Shown one piece after another: positions 39,614 through 49,708 of a stretch of 64,000 nt of DNA. Source of the DNA: Collinsella sp. (GTDB lineage Bacteria > Actinomycetota > Coriobacteriia > Coriobacteriales > Coriobacteriaceae); the NCBI GenBank assembly GCA_036302525.1, contig JAXJCG010000008.1, forward strand, positions 106,822-170,821. Reading direction: 5' to 3'. Within the stretch, counting starts at the first letter, position 1. Each line of letters starts with the position of its first letter. The notes beneath the pieces were generated by a model. The model had not been told where the DNA came from. It made no database searches and saw only the letters and a program-made list of their open reading frames with translations. Both the position numbers and the translations under genes were made by a program.

Positions 39614-40690
39614 TTAAAATTGGTTCAAGAAGCGCATATCGCCCGTCATCAACGTGCGCAGGTCGGGCAGGTCGTAGCGCAGGGCCGCGACGCGCTCGGC
39701 GCCAATGCCAAAGGCGAAGCCGGTGTACTTCTCGGGGTCGATGCCGCAGTTGATAAGGACGTTGGGGTCGACCATGCCGCAGCCCAGAATCTCGATCCAG
39801 CCGCTGTGCTTGCAGAAGTTGCAGCCCTTGCCGCCGCACACGTGGCAGCTCACGTCCACCTCGCAGCTGGGCTCGGTGAAGGGGAAGAAGTGCGGGCGGT
39901 AGCGCGTCTTGCGGTCCTCGCCAAACATGCACTTAACAAAGTAGTCGAGCGTGCCCTTAAGATCGCCAAAGGTGATGCCCTCGTCGACGACCAGGCCCTC
40001 GATCTGGTTGAACTGCGGCAGGTGGCAGGCGTCGGCCGTGTCGGGACGGTAGACGGTGCCCGGGCAGATCATGTAGATGGGCGGCTTTTGCGACTCCATG
40101 GTGTGGATCTGTACGCCCGAGGTCTGGGTGCGCAGGAGCACGTCGGACTCGCCATGGGCGTGAGCCTCGGGGTGCGCGACGCTGCCGGGGTTGTTGTCGA
40201 CCACGTAGAAGGTATCGCGGGCCGAGCGGCTCGGGTGATCCATGGGGGCGTTGAGCGCGGTGAAGTTGTAGTAGGAGGTGTCGACCATGGGACCGGACTC
40301 GACGGTGTAGCCGATGCCGCAGAAGATGTCCTCGGCCTCCTCGATGATCTGCTTGATCAGGTGCTGGTGGCCGATCTGCGGACGGATGCCCGGCAGCGTG
40401 ATGTCGACGGCCTCGTGCTCGAGTGTGTGCTTGAGGGCGGCGGCCTTCATCTCGGTGGTGCGCTCGTCGAGCATGCCCTCGATCAGCTGGCGCATCTCGT
40501 TGGCACGCTTGCCCATCATAGGACGATCCTCGGGGGCGAGCTTGCCCATCATGCGCATCAGGCCGGTGATGCGGCCCTTGCGGCCGAGCAGCTCAACGCG
40601 CGCGGCCTCGAGCTTTGCGGCGTCGTCGGCGCCTGCGACGAGCTCCTTGGCCTCTTCCTCGAGTTTGACCAGATCATCAATCAGACTCAT
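39614..40690 (-). CDS. pheS: phenylalanine--tRNA ligase alpha subunit
   Basis: Start at MSLIDDL (M62 of the track ORF). Class II motifs including YRPHFFPFTEPS and GFAFGIGAERVA. Confidence 0.92.
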   Translation of the reverse strand: MSLIDDLVKLEEEAKELVAGADDAAKLEAARVELLGRKGRITGLMRMMGKLAPEDRPMMGKRANEMRQLIEGMLDERTTEMKAAALKHTLEHEAVDITLPGIRPQIGHQHLIKQIIEEAEDIFCGIGYTVESGPMVDTSYYNFTALNAPMDHPSRSARDTFYVVDNNPGSVAHPEAHAHGESDVLLRTQTSGVQIHTMESQKPPIYMICPGTVYRPDTADACHLPQFNQIEGLVVDEGITFGDLKGTLDYFVKCMFGEDRKTRYRPHFFPFTEPSCEVDVSCHVCGGKGCNFCKHSGWIEILGCGMVDPNVLINCGIDPEKYTGFAFGIGAERVAALRYDLPDLRTLMTGDMRFLNQF

Positions 40691-40769
40691 GTCTTCCCTT
40701 TCGTCTCTCGCGCTCCCCGCTTGCCGAGGCGGCTGCCGCCGTCTGACGTTGCGAAAACGCGGCCCGGTT

Positions 40770-41065
40770 CGGTAACAAAAAACCGTCCTCGGGCATGTGC
40801 ATTGCCCAAGGACGGTTGAATTCCGCGGTACCACCTTGTTTGACCCGACGGATGTCTGGCCCGTCGCGCCCACTCTTTGCCCCTTGTCGCGAGGCTCACG
40901 GCTTCCCTACTGGGGACATCGCCGCCGCTGGCCGCGCGCCCGTTGAGGTCGCTGCTCGGGAGTGAACGCTTGGCCCTTGTCACCGCAGGAAGGCTTGCAG
41001 CCCATGACCTTCCCTCTCTTGCCGGCGACGCGGCGGGCAAAACCCTCTCCGTCAACGCATTGGGC
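40770..41065 (-). promoter_or_regulatory. T-box riboswitch leader, Phe (UUC) specifier, with intrinsic terminator
   Basis: Minus strand has the T-box sequence AAGGTGGTACCGCGGAAT (40823-40835 core). The terminator AACCGTCCTTGGGCA..TGCCCGAGGACGGTT + TTTTTTG lies at 40775-40817. Stem I base pairs GTTGACGG/CCTCAAC with an AGAG box. Candidate specifier is GCG-UUC-A at 40964-40966. Confidence 0.8.
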
Positions 41066-41195
41066 TACAGGATACCACATTGTGTGGGCGTATCGCCGCG
41101 TTCCGTTTTGTTCGCACTGGGTACAAGGCAGGTAGCTGTGCAAACTGGCCGTGCGCCCATCCGTGGCGCTCGGCTCGCGAGATCAAGGATATGGT

Positions 41196-42770
41196 ATGGG
41201 AAAGAAACTCGATAAGAAGGCCAAGCCCGCAGCGGGCAAGACGCCCAAAGGCATGAAGGTCGATAAGGCCGTTAAAAAATTCCGCAAGCTCGAGGGCAAG
41301 CTGTGGACCCGCGAGTATCTGCTCAAGATTGCCGAGTTTGACGGCGCGACCATTGCTCCCGCCAACGGTGCCGCCGCCCGCGCCGATGCTATGGGCACCC
41401 TTGCCGGCGAGCACCATAAGCTTCTGACCAGCGAAAAGTCTGTCGAACTTGTGCGCTCGCTGACACGTGAGACCGTCGCCGGAGGCAAGATCGACGACCC
41501 GCAGCTGCTCGACGAGATCCGCGTGCTCGGCCGCGACCAGCGCGAAGCGAGCGTCATTCCCACCGAGGAGGCCGAGGCCTGGACCAGGCTCACCTGCGAG
41601 GCCGACGCCGTGTGGCACAAGGCCAAGACGGCCAATGACTGGGCGAGCTTTGAGCCCTATGTGGATAGAATCGTCGGCCAGCTTAAGCATCAGGCCGAGC
41701 TCATGGACCCAAAGCGAGACCCGTACGATGTTTGGCTCGACCAGTACGAACGCGGCCTTTCCGCCAAGAGCTTCGACGCGTTTTGTGATGAGGTCAAGGC
41801 GACGGTCGTGCCGCTCGTGCACGCCATCGGCGAGCGCGGCCAGCAGCCCGCTGCCGACTTTTTGCACGCTCGCGTGCCCGAGGCCGTCCAGCGTGCCATG
41901 AGCTTCGACCTTATGAAGCTCGTCGGCCTGGACCTGAACGACACCACGCTTGCCTTTACCGAGCACCCGTTTAGCGAGGGCTTTGCCGTGGGCGACGCGC
42001 GCATCGCGACGCACATCTACGAGGACGACTGCATCTCCAACGTCTACAGCATCATCCACGAGGCGGGCCACGCCATGTACGAGCTGGGCGTCAATCCTGC
42101 CTATGCGCGCACCTGCCTGGAGGGCGGCACCTCCATGGGCATCCACGAGAGCCAGAGCCGCTTTTTCGAGAACACCGTGGGTCGCAGCCGCGCCTTTATG
42201 GGCCCGCTGCTCGAGGTACTGCGCCGTCACGCGCCCGAGGTCTACGGCGACGTTGACGAGGACACGCTCTACCGCGCCGTGAACATTGCGCAGCCGTCGT
42301 TGATCCGCACCGAGGCGGACGAGCTCACCTATCCGCTGCACGTTATGGTGCGCTACCAGATCGAGCGCATGCTGTTTGCCGGCGAGGCCACGGCCAAGGA
42401 CATCCCCGCGCTTTGGAACCGTTTTATGGACGAGTACCTGGGCATTCCCGTTCCCGACGACACGCACGGCTGCCTGCAGGATACGCACTGGAGCGGTGGC
42501 TCGTTTGGCTACTTCCCCACCTATGCGCTGGGCAGCGCCTACGACGCCATGTTTGTGCCAGCCATGTGCCGCGACGGTGTCGACCTTACCGGTGCCTGCG
42601 CGAGCGGCGATCTGGCGCCCGTCCGCGCCTGGCTGGGCGAGCACATTTGGCAGTGGGGCCGCGCCAAGGACGCGCCGGAGCTCATCAAGGGCGCCTGCGG
42701 CATGGACTTTGACGCCCGCTACTACTGCAGCTACCTGCAGGACAAGTTCACCACGCTCTACGAGCTGTAA
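41196..42770 (+). CDS. carboxypeptidase M32 (Taq-type metallocarboxypeptidase)
   Basis: HPFSEGF, HEAGHAMYE (HExxH), GIHESQSRFFEN, IRTEADELTYPLH, QDTHWSGGSFGYFPTYALG. Start set at M16 with AAGGA upstream. Confidence 0.9.
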   Translation: MGKKLDKKAKPAAGKTPKGMKVDKAVKKFRKLEGKLWTREYLLKIAEFDGATIAPANGAAARADAMGTLAGEHHKLLTSEKSVELVRSLTRETVAGGKIDDPQLLDEIRVLGRDQREASVIPTEEAEAWTRLTCEADAVWHKAKTANDWASFEPYVDRIVGQLKHQAELMDPKRDPYDVWLDQYERGLSAKSFDAFCDEVKATVVPLVHAIGERGQQPAADFLHARVPEAVQRAMSFDLMKLVGLDLNDTTLAFTEHPFSEGFAVGDARIATHIYEDDCISNVYSIIHEAGHAMYELGVNPAYARTCLEGGTSMGIHESQSRFFENTVGRSRAFMGPLLEVLRRHAPEVYGDVDEDTLYRAVNIAQPSLIRTEADELTYPLHVMVRYQIERMLFAGEATAKDIPALWNRFMDEYLGIPVPDDTHGCLQDTHWSGGSFGYFPTYALGSAYDAMFVPAMCRDGVDLTGACASGDLAPVRAWLGEHIWQWGRAKDAPELIKGACGMDFDARYYCSYLQDKFTTLYEL

Positions 42771-42795
42771 GGCATAACCGACACGTCAACGCAAA

Positions 42796-42833
42796 GGGGA
42801 CGCCGCGGAACCAATCCGCGGCGTCCCCTTTCC
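42796..42833. terminator. bidirectional terminator between the M32 gene and glmM
   Basis: GGGGACGCCGCGGA-ACCAA-TCCGCGGCGTCCCC flanked by AAA / TTT runs. Confidence 0.65.
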
Positions 42834-42867
42834 ACCTAGTTGTTTAAGAACGTCCCCAATGACTACC

Positions 42868-44199
42868 TTACAGAGCTTCCAGCGCGGCGGCGATGCGCTT
42901 CATGGCGGCATCGGCAGATGCTTGGTCGGGCGCCTCGGCCAGCACGCGGATAACCGACTCGGTTCCGCTCTTGCGCACGAGCACGCGACCCTCGCCTGTC
43001 AGCGCAACCTCGGCCTCGGCGATGGCGTTCTGCACGCCCATGTTCTCGAGCGCGGCGTCCTTGTCCGCCACGCGCACGGCCACCTGCGCCTGCGGCAGCA
43101 GCTTGCACGGAGCCGTGAGCTGCGAGAGCGTCTCGCGCTCGGCACGAATCACTTCCATCACGCGCAGCGAGGTCATAATGCCGTCGCCCGTGCGCTCGAT
43201 ATCGCCAAAGATCGTATGACCCGTCTGCTCGCCGCCCAGGCTGAAGCCGCCCTCGCGCATCTTGGCATACACGTGACGGTCGCCCACGCCGCTGGTCACG
43301 GCGCTTAGACCGGCAAGCTCCAGCGACTTGACCAGGCCAAAGTTGCTGGCAATCGTCGGAACCACGGTACCGCCCGAAAGGCGACCGTGCTTGTTCAGGT
43401 ACACGCCGCACACGTACAGGATCTGGTCGCCGTCGACCACACGGCCGCGCTCATCCACGGCCAGGCAGCGGTCGGCATCGCCGTCGTAGGCAAAGCCCAC
43501 GTCCAGGCCCTGCTCCACCACGTGGCGCTGCAGGCGCTCCATATGCGTGGAGCCACAGTCCACATTGATGTTAAATCCGTCGGGCGCGGCATTGATCACG
43601 CGCACGTCGGCGCCCAGCGCGTCAAACACCGGCTTGGCCACCGAGGACGCCGAGCCGTTGGCGCAGTCGATGCCGATCTTGACGCCCTGCAGCGAAAAGT
43701 TCGCGCTTGCGATGAGCGAGGCAATATAGCGGTTGCGGCCCTGCATGTAATCGACCGTAGCGCCAATGTGGTTGCCCGTTGCCAGCGGCACCTCGCTCTT
43801 GCCATCGATATAGTCCTCGATGAGCTCCAGCACGTCCTCGTCCATCTTAAAGCCGTCGCTGTTGACGAGCTTAATGCCGTTATCGCAAAACGGGTTGTGG
43901 CTCGCGCTGATCATGATGCCGCAATCGAAGCAGCCCTCCACGGTCTGATGCGCCACGCCCGGCGTTGGAATCACGTGCAGCATATATGCGTCCGCGCCGC
44001 TCGCGACCAAGCCACTCACCAGCGCCGCCTCGAACATGTAGCTCGAACGACGCGTGTCCTTGCCCACGATCACGCGTGCTTTGCGCTCGCGGTTGGCACC
44101 GTAATACCAACCCACAAAACGGCCGATCTTGTACGCGTGCTCTACCGTCAGCCCAACGTTGGCCTCGCCGCGAAAGCCGTCGGTGCCAAAGTACTTCAT
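42868..44199 (-). CDS. glmM: phosphoglucosamine mutase
   Basis: FGTDGFRG start and the active-site loop SASHNPFCDNGIK. Confidence 0.93.
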   Translation of the reverse strand: MKYFGTDGFRGEANVGLTVEHAYKIGRFVGWYYGANRERKARVIVGKDTRRSSYMFEAALVSGLVASGADAYMLHVIPTPGVAHQTVEGCFDCGIMISASHNPFCDNGIKLVNSDGFKMDEDVLELIEDYIDGKSEVPLATGNHIGATVDYMQGRNRYIASLIASANFSLQGVKIGIDCANGSASSVAKPVFDALGADVRVINAAPDGFNINVDCGSTHMERLQRHVVEQGLDVGFAYDGDADRCLAVDERGRVVDGDQILYVCGVYLNKHGRLSGGTVVPTIASNFGLVKSLELAGLSAVTSGVGDRHVYAKMREGGFSLGGEQTGHTIFGDIERTGDGIMTSLRVMEVIRAERETLSQLTAPCKLLPQAQVAVRVADKDAALENMGVQNAIAEAEVALTGEGRVLVRKSGTESVIRVLAEAPDQASADAAMKRIAAALEAL

Positions 44200-44282
44200 G
44201 CGCTCTCCTTACAAAATAGGGGCGAACAGATTGCCTGTCCGCCCCAAAATGGTACTCGATTATCTGCGCTACCAGAAAAACC

Positions 44283-46595
44283 CTACGCCGACGCGCTGTC
44301 GCGAGCCGCCTGGCATGTAGGAGTCTGACGCAGCGTAAGCGGCTTGTCCCCCGCCTCGGCCGACGTGGTCAGCGTATACGTGATCGTCGTCGTCTCGCCA
44401 GCATGCAGGTCAACGGTGCCCGAATAGAAGGGGATTCCATGCCACGTAGCGGCGCCAAGACCAAACTGGGTGCCCTCGACGGTCAGATCAGTAATGTTGC
44501 CGCCCGTCGGGGCAAACAACGAGACATTCAGACGCTCGTCGTCACGCGCGGCATCGGGTGCGCTCGCCGCAACGTAGTCGGGCAGCTTGCCAGCCTCCTC
44601 CTGCGTCATGATGTTCGTCAGGGTAACGGTGATGCGATAGGAGCACGTGCCGTCGCCGTTCTTCACGCCCTGACCAATCTGAGTGTCGGCGTTCAGATAC
44701 CAGTCGAGCTTGGAGAAGCTCAGGTTGTTAAAGTAAACGCCGGCAACGGGATCGGCACTCGGATCATCCGGATCGGGCAGCGAAGCGTCAATGCCCGTCT
44801 CTTTGATGGCATTCTGCTCATCATCGTTTCTCATCCACGCGATCAGGCGGCCCTCTTCGGCACCGCGCTCAACGGCGCTGACAAGCTTCGTAACATCGAC
44901 ATCGCCGATGCCACCGAGAATCTTGTCGAAGGCGGCGCTGGCAACAGCCGCAAAGATGCCGTCCGATTCCTCGACCGGATAGTTCCAATACACATCGTGC
45001 ATGAGAACCTTCGCCGCGTTGGTACCGTCGACGACCGTACCATCAGGCAGCGAGACATTACCGACAAGGCCCAGCAGGTACTGCAAGAACACCGGATCGA
45101 TGCCGACGACGCCATCAACGTCCTGCCCATACTGGGACTTCCACAGCGCGGCGACACGCTGCGAGTTGCGGGGCCAATCAGGCGAATAGGTATTGCCCGA
45201 GTTGTACAGGTTGCTGTGGTTGCCGAACAGCGCCTCATCCTCTTCGTCGACGCTCTCGACTGCCTCATCCTCGCTGAGTCCAATGCGGGGAACAAACTCG
45301 CCAATCGACATCTGGCCGTCGGTGACCGAAATCAGGCCCTGCGAACCGCCAAAGCCGCCGCAGGCACGAATCTCGACGTTGTTCATGGCGTACACAAGGT
45401 AGTTGCGCGTCTGGCCGTTGGCGCCGAGCATCTGGGGAAGGACGGGGGCGACCTTCTCCGCCGCGTCAACCGCGCCGTTGAGGGTGGCAAAGCCGTCCTT
45501 GGCCTTATCGACCAGCTCAGTCACCTGGGAAATATGAGTATCGCCAATGCCCTGGATCTTCTCGTTGGCGCTCTTGAACACCTTCGAGCTGCTGGAAAGC
45601 GAATCGGCGACCGCCTGCAGCGCGGACACGTTAATCATGCCGTCCTGGAACAGCTTGCCGGGCGTGGCCTGCGAAAGGTTGTCGGCCATGGGAACCAGCG
45701 CATTGCTCGAGACATCGGACAGGGCGTCAATCATGGTGCGGGCCGCATTGATATCGCTGCCATACACCGGGATAAACGAAGCCGCCGTCCACAGCGGGCT
45801 CGAGGTCTCCGCCTTCATGCTGTTACAGAGCTCATCGATCTTCTTCGCGTCGTCAGGCAGCGTCGAAAAATCGCCTGACGTGACCTTGTCCTTAAGGCCA
45901 CCGACGATCTCGACAGCCTCCTTCGCCTCGCTCTTTACGGTCTTTGCCGAGTTAAGCAGCATAAAGCCGCTTGCGCCAAGCGCAACGAGAAGCACCGCGA
46001 CCACAGCGGCAATAATGGCGCCGGTGTGACGCTTTTTGCGCTCGCCCTTGCGATGGCGATGACGGACCAGACCGTCAGAGGTCGAACTCGACGAAGCGTC
46101 GCTACCGTAGTTCAAACCAAAATCGTAATAATCTTCCTTGGAACCCGAGCCCGCAAACTCGGCACCGCTATCATCCAGGCGGGCGAACGTGCCAGTCTCG
46201 GAGGCGCCGGTGTAAATCGTGCCAAGGTTACCCGTAAGCCCCGCGCCACCGGCAGAGGGAGTATTGTTGGCGGCCTTGCCGGCATTAACGTTGCCGGCGC
46301 CATTCGCGGCGTTGGCAGCACCTGCGTTGTTCGCGGGTACCGAAGGAGCCCCGCTCGGCTGCGACGTGGAGGTTGCACCACCCGCAAAGACATTCCCTCT
46401 TGCACGGCCGGTCTTTTTTGCCTTTTGAGACTGCTCGTACAGAGCGGTAAACATCGCCGTCTCGCCCGGGGACACGCGCTTACCGGAACCGCCCTGTCCA
46501 GCGCCCCCCGGCGTGCCGGCCTTACCAGCCCCGTTCGGACGCGGCGGAACTGCAGGACGGCCGCTATCGCTGCCCTTAAAGTGATTACCAGCCAT
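44283..46595 (-). CDS. DUF4012 domain membrane-anchored protein
   Basis: Low-complexity Gly/Ala-rich N-terminus, one TM helix (IIAAVVAVLLVALGASGF), then NNVEIRACGGFGGSQGLISV, which I associate with DUF4012. Start at M10 with GAGGA upstream. Confidence 0.6.
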   Translation of the reverse strand: MAGNHFKGSDSGRPAVPPRPNGAGKAGTPGGAGQGGSGKRVSPGETAMFTALYEQSQKAKKTGRARGNVFAGGATSTSQPSGAPSVPANNAGAANAANGAGNVNAGKAANNTPSAGGAGLTGNLGTIYTGASETGTFARLDDSGAEFAGSGSKEDYYDFGLNYGSDASSSSTSDGLVRHRHRKGERKKRHTGAIIAAVVAVLLVALGASGFMLLNSAKTVKSEAKEAVEIVGGLKDKVTSGDFSTLPDDAKKIDELCNSMKAETSSPLWTAASFIPVYGSDINAARTMIDALSDVSSNALVPMADNLSQATPGKLFQDGMINVSALQAVADSLSSSSKVFKSANEKIQGIGDTHISQVTELVDKAKDGFATLNGAVDAAEKVAPVLPQMLGANGQTRNYLVYAMNNVEIRACGGFGGSQGLISVTDGQMSIGEFVPRIGLSEDEAVESVDEEDEALFGNHSNLYNSGNTYSPDWPRNSQRVAALWKSQYGQDVDGVVGIDPVFLQYLLGLVGNVSLPDGTVVDGTNAAKVLMHDVYWNYPVEESDGIFAAVASAAFDKILGGIGDVDVTKLVSAVERGAEEGRLIAWMRNDDEQNAIKETGIDASLPDPDDPSADPVAGVYFNNLSFSKLDWYLNADTQIGQGVKNGDGTCSYRITVTLTNIMTQEEAGKLPDYVAASAPDAARDDERLNVSLFAPTGGNITDLTVEGTQFGLGAATWHGIPFYSGTVDLHAGETTTITYTLTTSAEAGDKPLTLRQTPTCQAARDSASA

Positions 46596-46744
46596 AAAGA
46601 AATCCTCGCAATTGAGTCGCAATGAAAAAGTCCATAACGTTACTAGTTTATGGCATTTTGAGCATCGACAGCTAAACTCCAGACACGGACATCAATTGGC
46701 GAAAATGCGGCACAACACCTTTTCCGTCTTGGCAGCGGCGCCAG

Positions 46745-47767
46745 CTACACCGTGAGGAACATCATCACGATGATCATGACAAAGCCGATAAGGTCGGTCG
46801 GCAAAAACACCGTGCCCAGCATAACGGCGCTGGTGATGGTCGCCGAAACCGGCTCCACAGTTCCGATGAGGCTCGCACGCACCGAGCCGATGTCCTTAAC
46901 GCCCTGCATATAGAGCATGTAAGCAAAAAACGAGCCGATAACCACGAACACCGCGAGCGCCTCGATACCGGCGGCATCGAGCGCCGGCATATGCGCCCAG
47001 GGCTGCACGAAGACACATGAGACCACGCCCGCCGTGAGCATTGCCGAGCCCGTGACGATGGGGCTGCCGTATTCGGGCAGGATCTTGGCGGGAATCACCG
47101 CCATACACGCGGCGCTGACCGCACACATAAGACCTGCTGCCAGGCCAAGCGGCGAGATATTCAGGCTGGTGGGGTCGCCGCCGGTGGCGATTAAAAAGGT
47201 TCCACCCAGAGCCAGGCCAATGCCGATGACTTCGCGAGTACGCGGCATACGGCGATCGGTCACGCAGGCGTAGCCCATGATGATAACGAGCTGCAGGCAC
47301 TGGAGCACCGTCGCGGTTCCGGCGTTCGTCAGGCGCACGGCCGAAAGATAGCAAAACTGGTTGAACAGCAGGCCAAAAGCGGTAAAGAGCAGCAGCTGCT
47401 TGCGATCAGCGGGCGTCGTCCAAAGCTTGACCAGGCGTGCGCGGTCGCGCGTGACAACCACAGCCATAAAGAGCAGGCCGGCGAGAATCTGACGCACGCT
47501 CATAAGCCACAGCGTATCGACATGGTAGGTATCGAACAAAAAACTCGCGCTGGTGCCCGAGAAGCCCCAAAACGAACCGCCCACCAGCGTAGCCAAGACG
47601 CCCGTGATCATCTTGCGCGTCGAAGCGCTGTTCAGGCGGTCGCGCCATGCGCGACGGGTGTTGCGGCTGAGCTCGTCGGTGCCCTCGGGCACATCAATGT
47701 TCGATATATCGGTCATCGGCACCGAAGCCCCTGCGCCTTCGACCTGCTCGACACACTCTTTGCTCAT
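46745..47767 (-). CDS. DMT superfamily (EamA-type) transporter
   Basis: 10 predicted TM helices in two EamA-like halves. GGGGGAG SD. Confidence 0.7.
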   Translation of the reverse strand: MSKECVEQVEGAGASVPMTDISNIDVPEGTDELSRNTRRAWRDRLNSASTRKMITGVLATLVGGSFWGFSGTSASFLFDTYHVDTLWLMSVRQILAGLLFMAVVVTRDRARLVKLWTTPADRKQLLLFTAFGLLFNQFCYLSAVRLTNAGTATVLQCLQLVIIMGYACVTDRRMPRTREVIGIGLALGGTFLIATGGDPTSLNISPLGLAAGLMCAVSAACMAVIPAKILPEYGSPIVTGSAMLTAGVVSCVFVQPWAHMPALDAAGIEALAVFVVIGSFFAYMLYMQGVKDIGSVRASLIGTVEPVSATITSAVMLGTVFLPTDLIGFVMIIVMMFLTV

Positions 47768-47998
47768 TCCACTCCCCCGAAACAGCCTGGAAACAATTCG
47801 GCTTACCTTACCACGGCGAAGTCACCAGCTGGAGGCTTGTCCGCTTATCGGTAGGACAATTCCGCAGGCGTCTTTCCATAGCTCGATACCGCAATGGCCT
47901 TGCATTATGCGACAGCCAAATCGCGGCAGCAGGCTCTTTTGAAATGGATGCGACAAAGCCCCCGAATTCCACAATGTAAGCGATTTTTAAAAATGTTC

Positions 47999-48027
47999 TT
48001 GCCACCGAGTTCAGGCTCCGTTATATT
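47999..48027 (+). promoter_or_regulatory. sigma70-like promoter of tRNA-Val
   Basis: TTGCCA - 17 nt - TATATT, about 30 nt upstream of the tRNA. Confidence 0.5.
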
Positions 48028-48056
48028 ATCCCTTGCGCGCTTGCGCACCCTTGATC

Positions 48057-48131
48057 GGGCGTTTAGCTCAGGGGGAGAGCGCTTCCCTGACACGGAAGAG
48101 GTCAGAAGTTCAAATCTTCTAACGCCCACCA
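48057..48131 (+). tRNA. tRNA-Val(GAC)
   Basis: 75 nt: acceptor GGGCGTT/AACGCCC, anticodon arm CTTCC-CTGACAC-GGAAG, T arm CAGAAG-TTCAAAT-CTTCTA region, encoded CCA. Confidence 0.9.
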
Positions 48132-48139
48132 AATGTTCG

Positions 48140-48176
48140 CAGCTCAGAGGCTATGTCCTCTGGGCTGTTTTGTTTT
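48140..48176 (+). terminator. terminator of tRNA-Val
   Basis: CAGCTCAGAGG-CTATGT-CCTCTGGGCTG (one bulge) followed by TTTTGTTTT. Confidence 0.6.
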
Positions 48177-48357
48177 ATGTCGCCAAATCAGCTGGCAGCT
48201 CCAACCGCCCAACTAGCCAAAAGCCGACCATCTACTTGCCGATCTATTCATCGGCATAACCAATCAGTCCGCACCGCAACTTCTCAGCAAAACGCCGCGA
48301 TGTCTGCGCCCTGCGGTATCCTTGAGCCACTTGCACCTGCAGCACCAAGGAGCCGCC

Positions 48358-49044
48358 ATGCGCACCGAGCTCGATGTCCCCTTTTCGCACAAAGAAGAAG
48401 CCAAGGCGCTGGGCGCCAAATGGGACCGGACCAAGAAGATCTGGTATGTACCAAGCGGCGTCAACCCCGAGCCCTTTGCCGAGTGGCTGCCCGGTGTTGA
48501 CCGATCCGACCCCTCAGCGCCGTATATATATCTAGTACTGGGCAAGCGCGAGTGCTGGAAGTGTCACAAAGAGACCTCGGTCGCAGCCTTCGGCATTCCC
48601 TATCGAACCGATAACGACGAGAGCATCGCCATCGCGCACGCGCCCAACGAAGCCGGGTACATTGCCATCGACACGGCCAACGCCAACGCACTCGCCATCG
48701 TGCCCGCTCTTGGCTGCGTACCGGGCGAGATCCGCGACTACCTTCATAAGCGCTGCGGCTACAAGCCCGTAGGCGCGCGAGCCTCCAAAGCCCCGTCGCT
48801 CGGCAACACGTGCACCAGTTGCGACGCGCTGCAAGGCAGCCGCTATCTGTTCGAGGAGCCCTCGTCCCCGTTTGCCCTCACTGCCATCAACAAGCTGCCG
48901 GCACTGGAGTTTATACGCGTCGAAGTTGCCGGCGTCTTTGGCGTCCCGGTCACGCGTACCGACTTTGACCAGGCGCTCTTTACCTGGGCACGCGACCATC
49001 ACGCCGAGTTCCACAAGAGCCTGCTCGAGGGGATTTACCTGTAG
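48358..49044 (+). CDS. DUF5710-like N-terminal domain protein with a CxxC...CxxC region
   Basis: AAGGAG SD before the ATG at 48358. N-terminus LDVPFSHKEEAKALGAKWDRTKKIWYVP fits the DUF5710 pattern as I recall it. Also CWKCH (aa ~66) and CTSCD (aa ~150). Confidence 0.6.
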   Translation: MRTELDVPFSHKEEAKALGAKWDRTKKIWYVPSGVNPEPFAEWLPGVDRSDPSAPYIYLVLGKRECWKCHKETSVAAFGIPYRTDNDESIAIAHAPNEAGYIAIDTANANALAIVPALGCVPGEIRDYLHKRCGYKPVGARASKAPSLGNTCTSCDALQGSRYLFEEPSSPFALTAINKLPALEFIRVEVAGVFGVPVTRTDFDQALFTWARDHHAEFHKSLLEGIYL

Positions 49045-49171
49045 GGCAAAACTCGAAAATCGAGCGTGAAAATCCTCGCAAATCGAGTATGCGCAGGTAG
49101 CTGAGCTGTTTGTGTAACGCAGAAAATGTCGAATCACCGGGTTTGCCCGACTAGATATTCAGTCTTCGAAG

Positions 49172-49453
49172 CTATGGCTCCGCATCATCATAGGTAATAG
49201 CACATCCGCAAGTTGGGCATTGCTGAGGATAGACTGGAAGACGCAGGCCTATTCGAGCCCGCGGGTCGGCAGCGTGTTTGTCGCGGACGTCGATGTAACT
49301 GATCTCTAGGCATGGAAGGCCTGCGCCGCAGCTTGGGCACGGCAGATGGATTTGGCTGCAGGTCGCCTCGACGAGCGGGAACAGGTTCCGGTCCATTAAC
49401 GCTCGCGATAGATTTCCATACACGCCTCGCGCGATATCGCTTCGCCATCCCAT
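49172..49453 (-). CDS. hypothetical small zinc-ribbon protein (93 aa)
   Basis: CPSCG ... CPTCG pairs ~45 aa apart. No other motif. Confidence 0.45.
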   Translation of the reverse strand: MGWRSDIARGVYGNLSRALMDRNLFPLVEATCSQIHLPCPSCGAGLPCLEISYIDVRDKHAADPRARIGLRLPVYPQQCPTCGCAITYDDAEP

Positions 49454-49708
49454 GGTCCTTCCTTTCCCGTTTTAGCTGTTGAGGAGAGGATGGCAGGATC
49501 GTGCAGTTCTCGCTGCGGCGCGGCGCGATCCGATCAATCGACATGATTAGGCTGCAACGGACAGCACCTGCCTAATACGGAGCAACGACTTCCACCCGAC
49601 GTTGTGATTCCGAGAAATCGAACTTCCCGTCCCTCCCCCACTCGGTATACTGGATGTAGCACGTGTAATTTCTGCCTGCATATGGCGGCTGTTTATTGGG
49701 AGACCCCT

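Noticed and set aside
41052-42644. 530-aa ORF on the minus strand
   Set aside because: It is antisense to the M32 carboxypeptidase and would run through the T-box leader.
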